32,000 nt of DNA from an uncultured Oscillospiraceae bacterium (GTDB lineage: Bacteria; Bacillota; Clostridia; Oscillospirales; Oscillospiraceae): positions 168,706 to 200,705 of the forward strand of contig CATLAL010000001.1 of the NCBI GenBank assembly GCA_949878425.1. Reading direction: 5' to 3'. The position numbers and the translations under genes are program-made. Of this stretch, positions 16,711-24,706 are shown in pieces. Within the stretch, counting starts at the first letter, position 1, and every line of letters starts with the position of its first letter. Below the pieces are notes generated by a model. It worked only from the letters and a program-made list of their open reading frames with translations, did not search any database and was not told the origin of the DNA.

Positions 16711-17546
16711 AAAAGCTTGTAACCGTCCTGCTGGCCCTGTGTCTGTGCCTGCTGGCAGCCTGTGTGGGGCTGGAGAACGCCGCTCCCGCCGGTCAGGAGC
16801 CGGAGGCCCCCTCCGGCGAAGCTCTGCCGGAGTACCGGGTGGAGACCATCGAAGCCCAGGAGAGCTTTCAAGCCTCGGACGGCACGGAGCTGGCCAGCTG
16901 CTCCTATGAGCTGCCGGCCCTGTCCATCGCCAATCTGGGGGACCTCTCCCCGGAGAAGGCGGAGGCGGCCCAGCGGTCCGCGGATACCTTCAATGAGAAG
17001 ATGCAGGGCATGCTGGACAACTCCGTGGCCTGGGGTAAGGATGTTGCCGACAGCGCCTCCGGTGTCTACGGCGACGGATACCTCGCGGAGGGCTACTACG
17101 ACCAGTGCTCGTATCGCGCCAGCATCTGCGGCCAGATTGTCAGCGTCCGGGTGGACACCGCCAGCTATACCGGGGGCGCGCACCCCAACTCCTATGCCGC
17201 CAGCTACCTGTTTGATCTGGCTGCGGGGCAGTTTATCAATCCAACCCAGCTGGCGGACGAGCCGGAGACCTTCCGGTCCGGCGCGGCGAAGCTGCTGCTG
17301 GAGAAGGCGGAGGCATCGGACGCCCGGGAGAGCTACTGGTCCGATTACGAGGAGAGTATCTCCCGATGGAACGAAGGGACGGTGCTCTTTGACGGGGAGG
17401 GAATGGAGGTCGTCTACTCCCACTACGAGCTGGGGCCCTACGCCATTGGAGAGGTGTCCCTGCGCCTGCGCTACGAGGAGATCGCCGACCTGCTGGGGCC
17501 CGGCGGCCTGGATCGGCTGGGCGTCCGGCTGGAGCCGGAGAGCTGA
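16707..17546 (+). CDS. Lipoprotein with a DUF4163/DUF3298-like (RsiV/PdaC-type) domain
   Basis: The signal peptide carries the lipobox LLAAC. It contains the ...YTGGAHPNSY... motif characteristic of DUF3298. The start overlaps the tmcAL stop (ATGA). Confidence 0.8.
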   Translation: MKKLVTVLLALCLCLLAACVGLENAAPAGQEPEAPSGEALPEYRVETIEAQESFQASDGTELASCSYELPALSIANLGDLSPEKAEAAQRSADTFNEKMQGMLDNSVAWGKDVADSASGVYGDGYLAEGYYDQCSYRASICGQIVSVRVDTASYTGGAHPNSYAASYLFDLAAGQFINPTQLADEPETFRSGAAKLLLEKAEASDARESYWSDYEESISRWNEGTVLFDGEGMEVVYSHYELGPYAIGEVSLRLRYEEIADLLGPGGLDRLGVRLEPES

Positions 17547-17555
17547 CTTTGTAAA

Positions 17556-17588
17556 GCCGGCATACAGGGGGCTGTATGCCGGCTTTTT
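17556..17588 (+). terminator. Intrinsic terminator after the lipoprotein gene
   Basis: GCCGGCATACAG-GGGG-CTGTATGCCGGC followed by TTTTT. Confidence 0.8.
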
Positions 17589-18098
17589 CGCAGAGCATGT
17601 GCCTATCTGCACGACAGCACCGGGGGTATCCCCCCGGACCCCCGGGGAGTTCCGCGCTCCGGCGCGGGGCCGCTTTTTGACGCCAAAGAGCGGCCGGAAA
17701 AACCGCTGGACCTACGGTCCAGACCCCCTTGCTTTACGGGAGTCCAGAATAAGTCCTAAACCTCTCAGCTCCTGAGTCAAAAGCGCACTTCTGCGGGTTT
17801 GGCGTTCGTCCCGCTCCGCATGCCGGCCCTTTGAGGGGGGGGGATCTACCGTCGGCCTATGACCGGGACGGTTCTTTAAAATAGGGGCGTTCCAATCGCC
17901 GGACCTGTAGGGGCGAGCATCGCTCGCCTTTACACGGATTCAGCAAACCGGAAGAGCTGCGGATGATTGAACCCGGCCTCCGTCGGGTGCGCGTCCAAAA
18001 TGGTTCTATCCCTTCGTGGGCCGGCAGGCGGAGCCGGCCCACGGGGGGCAGAGCCCCCGGTGCTAACGACAAGATAGGCATTCGCGGAACCCGAGGTT

Positions 18099-18144
18099 AC
18101 AAAGTTTCGCCGGGAAAAGTTTTTCTTAAAAAAGGATGTATGCC
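18099..18144 (+). repeat. Partial copy of the two-hairpin intergenic module, ending in TGTATGCC 22 nt before the comM ATG
   Basis: ACAAAGTT...TTTTTCTTAAAAAAGGATGTATGCC aligns with the right half of the modules at 24848-24897 and 26497-26545. Confidence 0.45.
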
Positions 18145-18166
18145 GGAAGAAGTTGGAGGAAGCGCT

Positions 18167-19684
18167 ATGGTTGTCACAGTTCAGTCCCTGGGGCTCCAGG
18201 GGATCACGGGCTACGAGGTAGCGGTGGAGTGCGCCCTCTCCGGCGGCCTCCCGGCCTTTGACGTGGTGGGGCTTCCCGACGCGGCGGTGAAGGAGGCCAG
18301 GGAGCGGGTCCGGGCGGCGGTCAGGAGCTGCGGCGCCAAGCTTCCCGTCTCCCGGATTACCGTGAATCTGGCCCCCGCGGCACTGCGCAAGGAGGGCACG
18401 GTCTACGACCTGCCCATTCTGCTGGGCATTCTGGCGGCCCAGGGGGACGTGGAGCCCCCGAGCCAGGACGCCGCCTTTCTGGGGGAGCTGTCCCTGACCG
18501 GCGCGCTGCGGCCCATCACCGGCGTGCTCCCCATGGCCATGGCCGCCGCCCGCTGCGGGCTCCGGTCCCTATACGTCCCGGCGGAGAACGCCGCCGAGGC
18601 CGCCCTGGCCGGAGACCTCGCGGTCTACCCGGTAGAAACTGTGGAGGCCCTGCTGGCCCATCTGCGGGGAGAGCGGGCCATTCCGGCGGCCCGGGAGTGG
18701 GCCCCGGAGGCCGGGGCGGAGGCCGGACCGGACTTCGCCGAGGTGATGGGCCAGGAGAACGTGAAGCGGGCCATGGAGGTGGCCGCCGCCGGAGGGCACA
18801 ACATCCTGCTCATCGGGTCGCCGGGGGCGGGAAAGTCCATGCTGGCCCGGCGGCTGCCCTCCATCCTGCCGGATATGACCCGCCGGGAGGCCCTGGAGGC
18901 CACGGAGGTCTGGTCCGTGGCGGGCATGACGGACAGCCGGCACCCCCTGCTCCGCCGCCGCCCCTTCCGCAGTCCCCACCACACCGTCTCAGCGGCGGCT
19001 CTGGCCGGCGGCGGAACCGTGCCCAGGCCCGGGGAGATCTCCCTGGCCCACAACGGGGTGCTCTTTCTGGACGAGCTGCCGGAGTTTGGCAGAGACGCCC
19101 TGGAGGCCCTGCGCCAGCCCCTGGAGGACGGGGAGGTGACCATCACCCGAACTGCCGGCAGCGTGCGCCTGCCCAGCCGGTTCATGCTGGTGTGCGCCAT
19201 GAACCCCTGCCGGTGCGGCTGGCGGGGCCACCCCTCGGGCCGCTGCTCCTGCACGGACGCTATGGTGGAGCGGTATGTCAGCCGCATCTCCGGACCCCTG
19301 CTGGACCGAATGGACCTCCATGTGCAGGTGCCCTCGGTGGAGTTCGAGGCCATGCGCCGGCGGGAGAAGCCGGAGCCCTCCTCCGCCGTAAAGGCCCGGG
19401 TGGACGCGGCCCGCTCCCTCCAGGGGGAGCGTTTCGCCGGCACGGAGGTCTCCTGCAACGCCCACATGACCCCCGCCATGGTGGGCCGCTTCTGCGGTCT
19501 GGACGGCGCGGGGGAAAAGCTCCTCCAGGCCGCCTACGCCCGCATGGGCCTCACCGCCCGCAGCCACGACCGCATTCTGCGGGTGGCCCGGACCATCGCC
19601 GACCTGGAGGGGGAGGCGCAGATCGCCGCGGCCCACCTGGCGGAGGCCATCCAGTACCGGAACACGGATATTCTGCGGAGCTAG
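18167..19684 (+). CDS. comM: YifB/ComM family Mg-chelatase-like AAA+ ATPase
   Basis: There is an N-terminal Lon-protease-like domain. It contains Walker A LLIGSPGAGKS, plus GVLFLDELPEF and RILRVARTIADLEG. The SD GGAGGA lies upstream of the ATG at 18167. Confidence 0.9.
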   Translation: MVVTVQSLGLQGITGYEVAVECALSGGLPAFDVVGLPDAAVKEARERVRAAVRSCGAKLPVSRITVNLAPAALRKEGTVYDLPILLGILAAQGDVEPPSQDAAFLGELSLTGALRPITGVLPMAMAAARCGLRSLYVPAENAAEAALAGDLAVYPVETVEALLAHLRGERAIPAAREWAPEAGAEAGPDFAEVMGQENVKRAMEVAAAGGHNILLIGSPGAGKSMLARRLPSILPDMTRREALEATEVWSVAGMTDSRHPLLRRRPFRSPHHTVSAAALAGGGTVPRPGEISLAHNGVLFLDELPEFGRDALEALRQPLEDGEVTITRTAGSVRLPSRFMLVCAMNPCRCGWRGHPSGRCSCTDAMVERYVSRISGPLLDRMDLHVQVPSVEFEAMRRREKPEPSSAVKARVDAARSLQGERFAGTEVSCNAHMTPAMVGRFCGLDGAGEKLLQAAYARMGLTARSHDRILRVARTIADLEGEAQIAAAHLAEAIQYRNTDILRS

Positions 19685-19688
19685 GCCC

Positions 19689-20048
19689 TCAGCGGTCATC
19701 CAGGAGAGGCCCGAAGTGCCGGGCAAAGAGCTCCTCCGCGTACGCCTTCAGCTCCGCCTCAAAGCCCTCGTAGGCCGCCAGCACCCGCCGGCCCTCCGCC
19801 GTCAGGGACGCGCCTCCTCCGTTTCGGCCGCCGGCGGCGGCGTCCACCAGCTTCATCCCCAGGCCCCGCTCCGCCTCCCGCAGGATGGTCCAGGCCTTGG
19901 AGTAGGCCATCTCCATGTCCTGAGCCGCCGCCCGGAGGGAGTGGAGCCGGTCTATTCTCCGCAAAAGCATGGCCACCCCGGGGCCGAAGCACTTTTTGTC
20001 CGTGTACAGCCGGGCTGTGATGCCGGGGTGCAGCCGGATCTCTCCCAT
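19689..20048 (-). CDS. ModE-N/LysR-type winged-helix transcriptional regulator (119 aa, DNA-binding domain only)
   Basis: Contains GPGVAMLLRRIDRLHSLRAAAQDMEMAYSKAWTILREAERGLGMKLV...GGASLTAEGRRVL. The SD GGAGGAGG lies upstream of the ATG at 20048. Confidence 0.75.
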   Translation of the reverse strand: MGEIRLHPGITARLYTDKKCFGPGVAMLLRRIDRLHSLRAAAQDMEMAYSKAWTILREAERGLGMKLVDAAAGGRNGGGASLTAEGRRVLAAYEGFEAELKAYAEELFARHFGPLLDDR

Positions 20049-20217
20049 CGCCCTGTCCTCCTCCGATTTTTGCCCAGTATACCACGGCAACCGCCGCCGG
20101 ACAACGGGTTTTGCCTCAAATTTCTGTTTACTGTCCGGATTTTCGGACACGTCGCGGTGTATCCTATGTACAGAAGCAAAGAAAAACCGTCGGCTGTACA
20201 GAAAGGAGCGCGGAGCG

Positions 20218-20319
20218 ATGAAGGGGTATTACAACGGCAGCGGCTACATGGGATACGTGGACGGGCGGTGGATGCTGTTCGCCAGCGAGCAGGACTACCG
20301 GGAGTATCTGGAGGAGTAA
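20218..20319 (+). CDS. Possible 33-aa small protein MKGYYNGSGYMGYVDGRWMLFASEQDYREYLEE
   Basis: The SD AAGGAG lies 9 nt upstream of the ATG. It is divergent from the ModE-like regulator. From memory it resembles short conserved proteins of gut Clostridia; this is unverified. Confidence 0.5.
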   Translation: MKGYYNGSGYMGYVDGRWMLFASEQDYREYLEE

Positions 20320-20418
20320 TACTTTTTCTTGAAAGCGTCGCTTACGGCGCCCCTTGGGCGCTGGCGAGCCTAAACCGCCTTGCAGGCGGTCCACGGAAAA
20401 AGTATCAAAAAGAACTTT
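20319..20418 (-). repeat. Copy of the AT-hairpin module (minus orientation) with a ~60-nt GC-rich insertion in its loop
   Basis: ATACTTTTTCTTGAAAG[...]GGAAAAAGTATCAAAAAGAACTTT aligns with 29441-29480 and 26296-26398. Confidence 0.5.
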
Positions 20419-20540
20419 AATGCGAGCCTAAACCCATTGCTATTCCAAGATTTCTGCCCGATGACGTTTGGATGCTTTTAACTGGAGAATAGGGCATGTT
20501 TGATATTTTTCAAACATGCCCTAGTATAGGCATACCGTAA

Positions 20541-20572
20541 AAGCCAGAGGACCATGGGCCCTCCGGCTTTTT
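20541..20572. terminator. Terminator-like hairpin with flanking A- and T-runs
   Basis: AAGCCAGAGG-loop-CCTCCGGCTT (one mismatch) followed by TTT. Confidence 0.45.
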
Positions 20573-20678
20573 ATAGTGAATAAAGTTGAAAAGCAATAAA
20601 GTTTAGGTCCGCCCTTTTCAAAGGGCGGCGGGGTCTGGGGCAGAGCCCCAGCGGGTTTGGGCAGAGCCCAATTCTTGT

Positions 20679-20833
20679 TTGAAAAATGTCAGCATACCCA
20701 AACGGCGGGTCTGTTCCCGCCATGCATTGCCAATTTTCCTTGCAATACATCCAGTATTCCGGCGTCAAACTGGCTTCGTCTGGCGAAAAAATTCCTCGCC
20801 ATTGGCATATTCCCATTTTTCAAACAGCGCCTA
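20679..20833 (+). repeat. Copy B (better preserved) of the ~155-160-nt dispersed repeat with 13-bp terminal inverted repeats
   Basis: TGTTTGAAAAATG (20676-20688) is the perfect reverse complement of CATTTTTCAAACA (20814-26). Internal hairpins are GGCGGG-TCTGTT-CCCGCC and CCAGT-N13-ACTGG. Confidence 0.8.
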
Positions 20834-20871
20834 GAGACTGTTAAAAAAGTGGTGCGGAGCCTTTTTTGCCG

Positions 20872-22443
20872 CTACATCAGGGGGGCCACGGCCTTCAGGA
20901 GGGCGCCCATCAGCTTCAGGCTCCGCTTCTCATGGCGGACCGTCTCCGGCGTCACGGCGCGGCACTTGGCCAGCGTGGCCTGGAAGTCCGCCTCGATCTC
21001 CGGCACACAGGCGGTCCCGTAGAGGTAGGTGGCGCACTCGAAGTGGTGGTACAGGCTGCGGTAGTCCAGGTTGATGGTGCCCACCACCGCCTCCCGGCCG
21101 TCGCTGACAAACACCTTGGCGTGGACGAAGCCGGGAGTATACTCGTAGAGCTTCACGCCGGAGGCCAGCAGGGAGGCGTAGTGGGTCTTAGCCAGGGCGT
21201 AGGGGACCTTCTTGTCCGGGATGCCCGGCAGGATCAGGCACACCTCCACCCCCCGCTCCGCCGCGAACTTCAGGGCGGTCTCCATCTCCCCGTCCAGAAT
21301 CAGGTAGGGGGACATGATGTGCACATAGCGCTGGGCCCGGTTCAGAATGTCCATGTACACCCGCTCCCCCACCTTGTCCCCGTCCAGGGGGCAGTCGCCG
21401 TAGGGGAGCACCCAGCCCCGCTCCTCCTCTTGGGTGGGAACAGGGCCGGCCAGGAAGCGGTCAAACTCCGGCTCCCTGACGTCGATGGACCACATCTGCA
21501 AAAATAGCAGGGTAAAGCTTTTCGCCGCCTCCCCCTTGACCATGACGGCGGTGTCCTTCCAGTGGCCGTGCTTTTGGATGTGGTTGATGTACTCGTCCGC
21601 CAGGTTCACGCCGCCGTTGAAGGCGGTGTGGCCGTCGATCACTAAAATTTTCCGGTGGTCCCGGTAGTTGTAGTGGGTGGAGACCAGGGGCGCCACCGGG
21701 GCGAACATCTTGCACTGGATGCCAAGGGCCCGCAGCCGCTTGGGGTAGTCGTGGGGCAGGGTGGAAAATTCGCAGGTGCCGTCATACAGCACCCGCACGT
21801 CCACCCCCGCCGCCGCCTTGCGCTCCAGAATGTCCAGCACCTTCCCCCACATGAGCCCCTCATCTATGATGAAGTACTCCAGGAAGATGAAGCGCTCCGC
21901 CCGCTCCAGCTGGCGGAGCATCTCCGCCCACTTGTCCTCCCCCAGGGGGAAGAAGGTGACGGCGGTACGGTCAAAGACCGGGTAGCACCCGCTGCGCCGG
22001 ATGTAGCGGGCCAGGGCCGCGGCTCCCGGATTCTCCGCCGCCAGGGCCTCCAGGACCTCTGGGGATTGGGGGATGGCGCCTCGGGTCTGCTCCGTCAGCT
22101 GGCTTAGCCGGGCCTTCACCGCCCGGTGGCCGATGTCGCTCTGGGTGTACCAGAACAGCAGCGCGCCGAATACCGGCATCAGCATGATCACGATGAGCCA
22201 GGTGATCTTCGCCGTGGGGTCGATGGCGCTGTTGAGAAGCCAGAGCACCATGCAGGCGGTGAACAGGGCCGTTCCTCCCAGGATGTAGGGCAGAATGCCC
22301 GCGAACCATTGGAACACGCTAAACAGGGCGAAAACCTGGAGCGCCAGCAGGACGAGAATCAGGCCCATCCGGCTGAAGATGGCGTGGATAAGACCCTTTC
22401 GCCCCCTCCTCAGCAGGGACAGACCGTTGCTGTCGCGCTTCAT
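20872..22443 (-). CDS. cls: Cardiolipin synthase
   Basis: There are N-terminal TM helices and two PLD HKD motifs (HRKILVIDG..., HAKVFVSDG...). The start lies 1 nt after the recD2 stop, with GGAGGAGGAG upstream. Confidence 0.9.
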   Translation of the reverse strand: MKRDSNGLSLLRRGRKGLIHAIFSRMGLILVLLALQVFALFSVFQWFAGILPYILGGTALFTACMVLWLLNSAIDPTAKITWLIVIMLMPVFGALLFWYTQSDIGHRAVKARLSQLTEQTRGAIPQSPEVLEALAAENPGAAALARYIRRSGCYPVFDRTAVTFFPLGEDKWAEMLRQLERAERFIFLEYFIIDEGLMWGKVLDILERKAAAGVDVRVLYDGTCEFSTLPHDYPKRLRALGIQCKMFAPVAPLVSTHYNYRDHRKILVIDGHTAFNGGVNLADEYINHIQKHGHWKDTAVMVKGEAAKSFTLLFLQMWSIDVREPEFDRFLAGPVPTQEEERGWVLPYGDCPLDGDKVGERVYMDILNRAQRYVHIMSPYLILDGEMETALKFAAERGVEVCLILPGIPDKKVPYALAKTHYASLLASGVKLYEYTPGFVHAKVFVSDGREAVVGTINLDYRSLYHHFECATYLYGTACVPEIEADFQATLAKCRAVTPETVRHEKRSLKLMGALLKAVAPLM

Positions 22444-22444
22444 C

Positions 22445-24688
22445 TTACGTCTCCTCCTCCCTTTCTTTTGGGGCGGGCCCGTTCTTCAGCCGCCAGCGCA
22501 GGCCGCTGTAGCGCCGCTGCTGGCGGTCGTTGGCCGCCATGCGGCCCAGCGCGGCGTCGTCCCCCACCACCACCAGCAGCTCCCTGGCCCGGGTGAGGCC
22601 GGTGTACAGCACCCCCCGCACCATCAGGGCCGGGGCGGCGGGCAGGGCCACCAGCACCACCGCCCGGTACTCGCTGCCCTGGCTCTTATGTACCGTCACC
22701 GCGTAGGCCAGCTCCAGCTCGGAGAGCATGTCCGCCGTGTAGGTGGCGGTCCTGTCGTCAAAGCGGATGGTCAGCAGCTCGCCGCCGGGGTCCATGTCCT
22801 CCACCTGGCCCACATCGCCGTTGAAGATGCCGGAGCCGGTGACGCCGTCGTCCCGGACCCAGAGCACGTCGTAGTTGTTGCGCACCTGCATCACCCGGTC
22901 CCCGGTCCGAAACACGATCTCCCCCCAGGCCTTCTGCCGCTTCTCCGGGGCAGGGGGATTCAGCGCCGCCTGAAGGGCCCGGTTCAGCGCCCCGGTGCCC
23001 CACTCCCCCTTCCGGGTGGGGCAGAGGACCTGGATCTGGCTGGCGGGGACGCCCATGCTCTGGGGCAGGCGCTTCCCGCACAGCTCCACCACCAGCTCCA
23101 TAGCCGCCAGGGGGTCCCGGCGGCGCATGAAGAAGAAGTCGCTGTCCGCGCTGTTGCGCAGCTCCGGCAGGCCCCCCCGGTTCACCGCGTGGGCGGCCCG
23201 GATGATGGCGGAGGCCTGGGCCTGGCGGAAGATCTCCGTGAGGGCCACCGTCTCCACCCGGCCGCTGCGGATGAGATCGCCGAACACGTTCCCCGGCCCC
23301 ACGGAGGGCAGCTGGTCCGGGTCCCCCACCATGATGAGGCGGCAGTCGTCCCGCAGAGCCGCCAGCAGGGCGCTCATGAGGGGCAGGTCCACCATGCTCA
23401 TCTCGTCCACAATCACCGCCTCCGCCTTCAGGGGCTCCTTCTCGTTCTTCTGGAAGGCCACCTCCCCGGTCTCCTCCTTCCAGATCATGCCCAGAGCCCG
23501 GTGGACGGTCTGGGCCTCCCGGGAGCAGAGCTCCCCCAGCCGCTTGGCCGCCCGGCCCGTGGGGGCCATGAGCATGGTCCGGCAGCCCAGGGCGTCCAGC
23601 ACGGCCACGATGCCCCGCACGGAGGTGGTCTTTCCGGTGCCGGGGCCGCCGGTGAGCAGCACAACCCCCTGCCGCGCCGCCAGCTCCACCGCCCGCCGCT
23701 GGGCCGGGGCGTAGGTGAGGCCCTGGGCCTCCTCGATCTGGGAGAGAATCCGGTCCGCCTGGTTGGACACATAGTCCGACCGGTCCGCCTGGCATTGGAG
23801 CATCCGCTCCAGCTTCTCCGCCACGCGGACCTCCGCCTCAAAGAGCCGGCGGAGGTAGCAGGCGTCCACCTTCGCCACCGACTGGCGGAGGACGCTGCCC
23901 CGGGCGATAAGGCCGTCCAGAGCCGCCTCCACCATGTCCGGCGGGCAGTCGATGAGCTGCGCCGCCGCGGCAGCCAGCTTGTCCCGGGGCAAAAAGACGT
24001 GGCCGTTGTTCAGGTTGTAGCTCAGCTCAAAGAGGACAGCCGCCTCTATCCGCCGGCGGCTGTCCCCCGCCATGCCCATGGAGAGAGCGATCTCGTCCAT
24101 AACGGAGAAGTCCACGCCGTAGACCTCCTCCACCAGCAGGTAGGGGTTGTCCTTCACCGCCTCCAGGGCCCCGGCGCCGTAGCGCCGGTAGAGCCGCAGA
24201 GCCAGGCTCAGAGGCAGGTCGTTGCGGGAGAGGAACTCCAAAAGCCGCCGCATGCCGGTCTGGTAGCGGTAGCTCTCCCCGATCTCCCGGGCCTTCCGGG
24301 GCGTAATGCCCCGGATCTTGGCCAGCAGCTCCGGCTCCTCCTCCAGCACCCGCAGGGTGTTGACGCCGAAGCGCTGGACCAGCCGCTCCGCTGTGGCGGG
24401 GCCCACCCCCTTGATGATGCCGGAGGAGAGATAGTCCAGGATCTCGTCCTCCGTGGTTGGCATGTGCCGCTCCACCTGGCTGGCCTGGACCTGCTCTCCG
24501 TGGACCGGATGGCTCACCCACTGGCCGGTGACGATGAGGTTCTCCCCCGGCGCCGCGCAGGGGATGGTCCCCACCACCGTCACAGCCTCCCCGTCGGAGG
24601 TCACCAGACGCAGCACCGTGTAGCCGTTCTCCTCGTTCTGGAAAATTACGTGCTGTACCGTCCCGTCAACGCTGCACCGCCCGTTCAT
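22445..24688 (-). CDS. recD2: RecD2-type SF1 ATP-dependent DNA helicase (RecD/TraA family)
   Basis: The N-terminal OB/HhH region has NGYTVLRL and GIIKGVGPATAERLV. It contains Walker A LTGGPGTGKTT, plus DEMSMVD, GDPDQLPSVGPG and AVTVHKSQGSE. The SD GGAGG lies 7 nt upstream of the ATG at 24688. Confidence 0.9.
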   Translation of the reverse strand: MNGRCSVDGTVQHVIFQNEENGYTVLRLVTSDGEAVTVVGTIPCAAPGENLIVTGQWVSHPVHGEQVQASQVERHMPTTEDEILDYLSSGIIKGVGPATAERLVQRFGVNTLRVLEEEPELLAKIRGITPRKAREIGESYRYQTGMRRLLEFLSRNDLPLSLALRLYRRYGAGALEAVKDNPYLLVEEVYGVDFSVMDEIALSMGMAGDSRRRIEAAVLFELSYNLNNGHVFLPRDKLAAAAAQLIDCPPDMVEAALDGLIARGSVLRQSVAKVDACYLRRLFEAEVRVAEKLERMLQCQADRSDYVSNQADRILSQIEEAQGLTYAPAQRRAVELAARQGVVLLTGGPGTGKTTSVRGIVAVLDALGCRTMLMAPTGRAAKRLGELCSREAQTVHRALGMIWKEETGEVAFQKNEKEPLKAEAVIVDEMSMVDLPLMSALLAALRDDCRLIMVGDPDQLPSVGPGNVFGDLIRSGRVETVALTEIFRQAQASAIIRAAHAVNRGGLPELRNSADSDFFFMRRRDPLAAMELVVELCGKRLPQSMGVPASQIQVLCPTRKGEWGTGALNRALQAALNPPAPEKRQKAWGEIVFRTGDRVMQVRNNYDVLWVRDDGVTGSGIFNGDVGQVEDMDPGGELLTIRFDDRTATYTADMLSELELAYAVTVHKSQGSEYRAVVLVALPAAPALMVRGVLYTGLTRARELLVVVGDDAALGRMAANDRQQRRYSGLRWRLKNGPAPKEREEET

Positions 24689-24706
24689 GGGGCCACCTCC
24701 TCTTTT

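Noticed and set aside
17590-18166. Checked whether the long non-coding region is a housekeeping RNA (RNase P RNA, tmRNA, SRP/4.5S or 6S).
   Set aside because: I could not find the hallmark sequences. These include the GAGGAAAGTCC-type P4 region of RNase P, a tRNA-like CCA end with a tag ORF for tmRNA, and the GGAAGCAGCC-type domain IV of SRP. A covariance-model scan would be needed to be certain.
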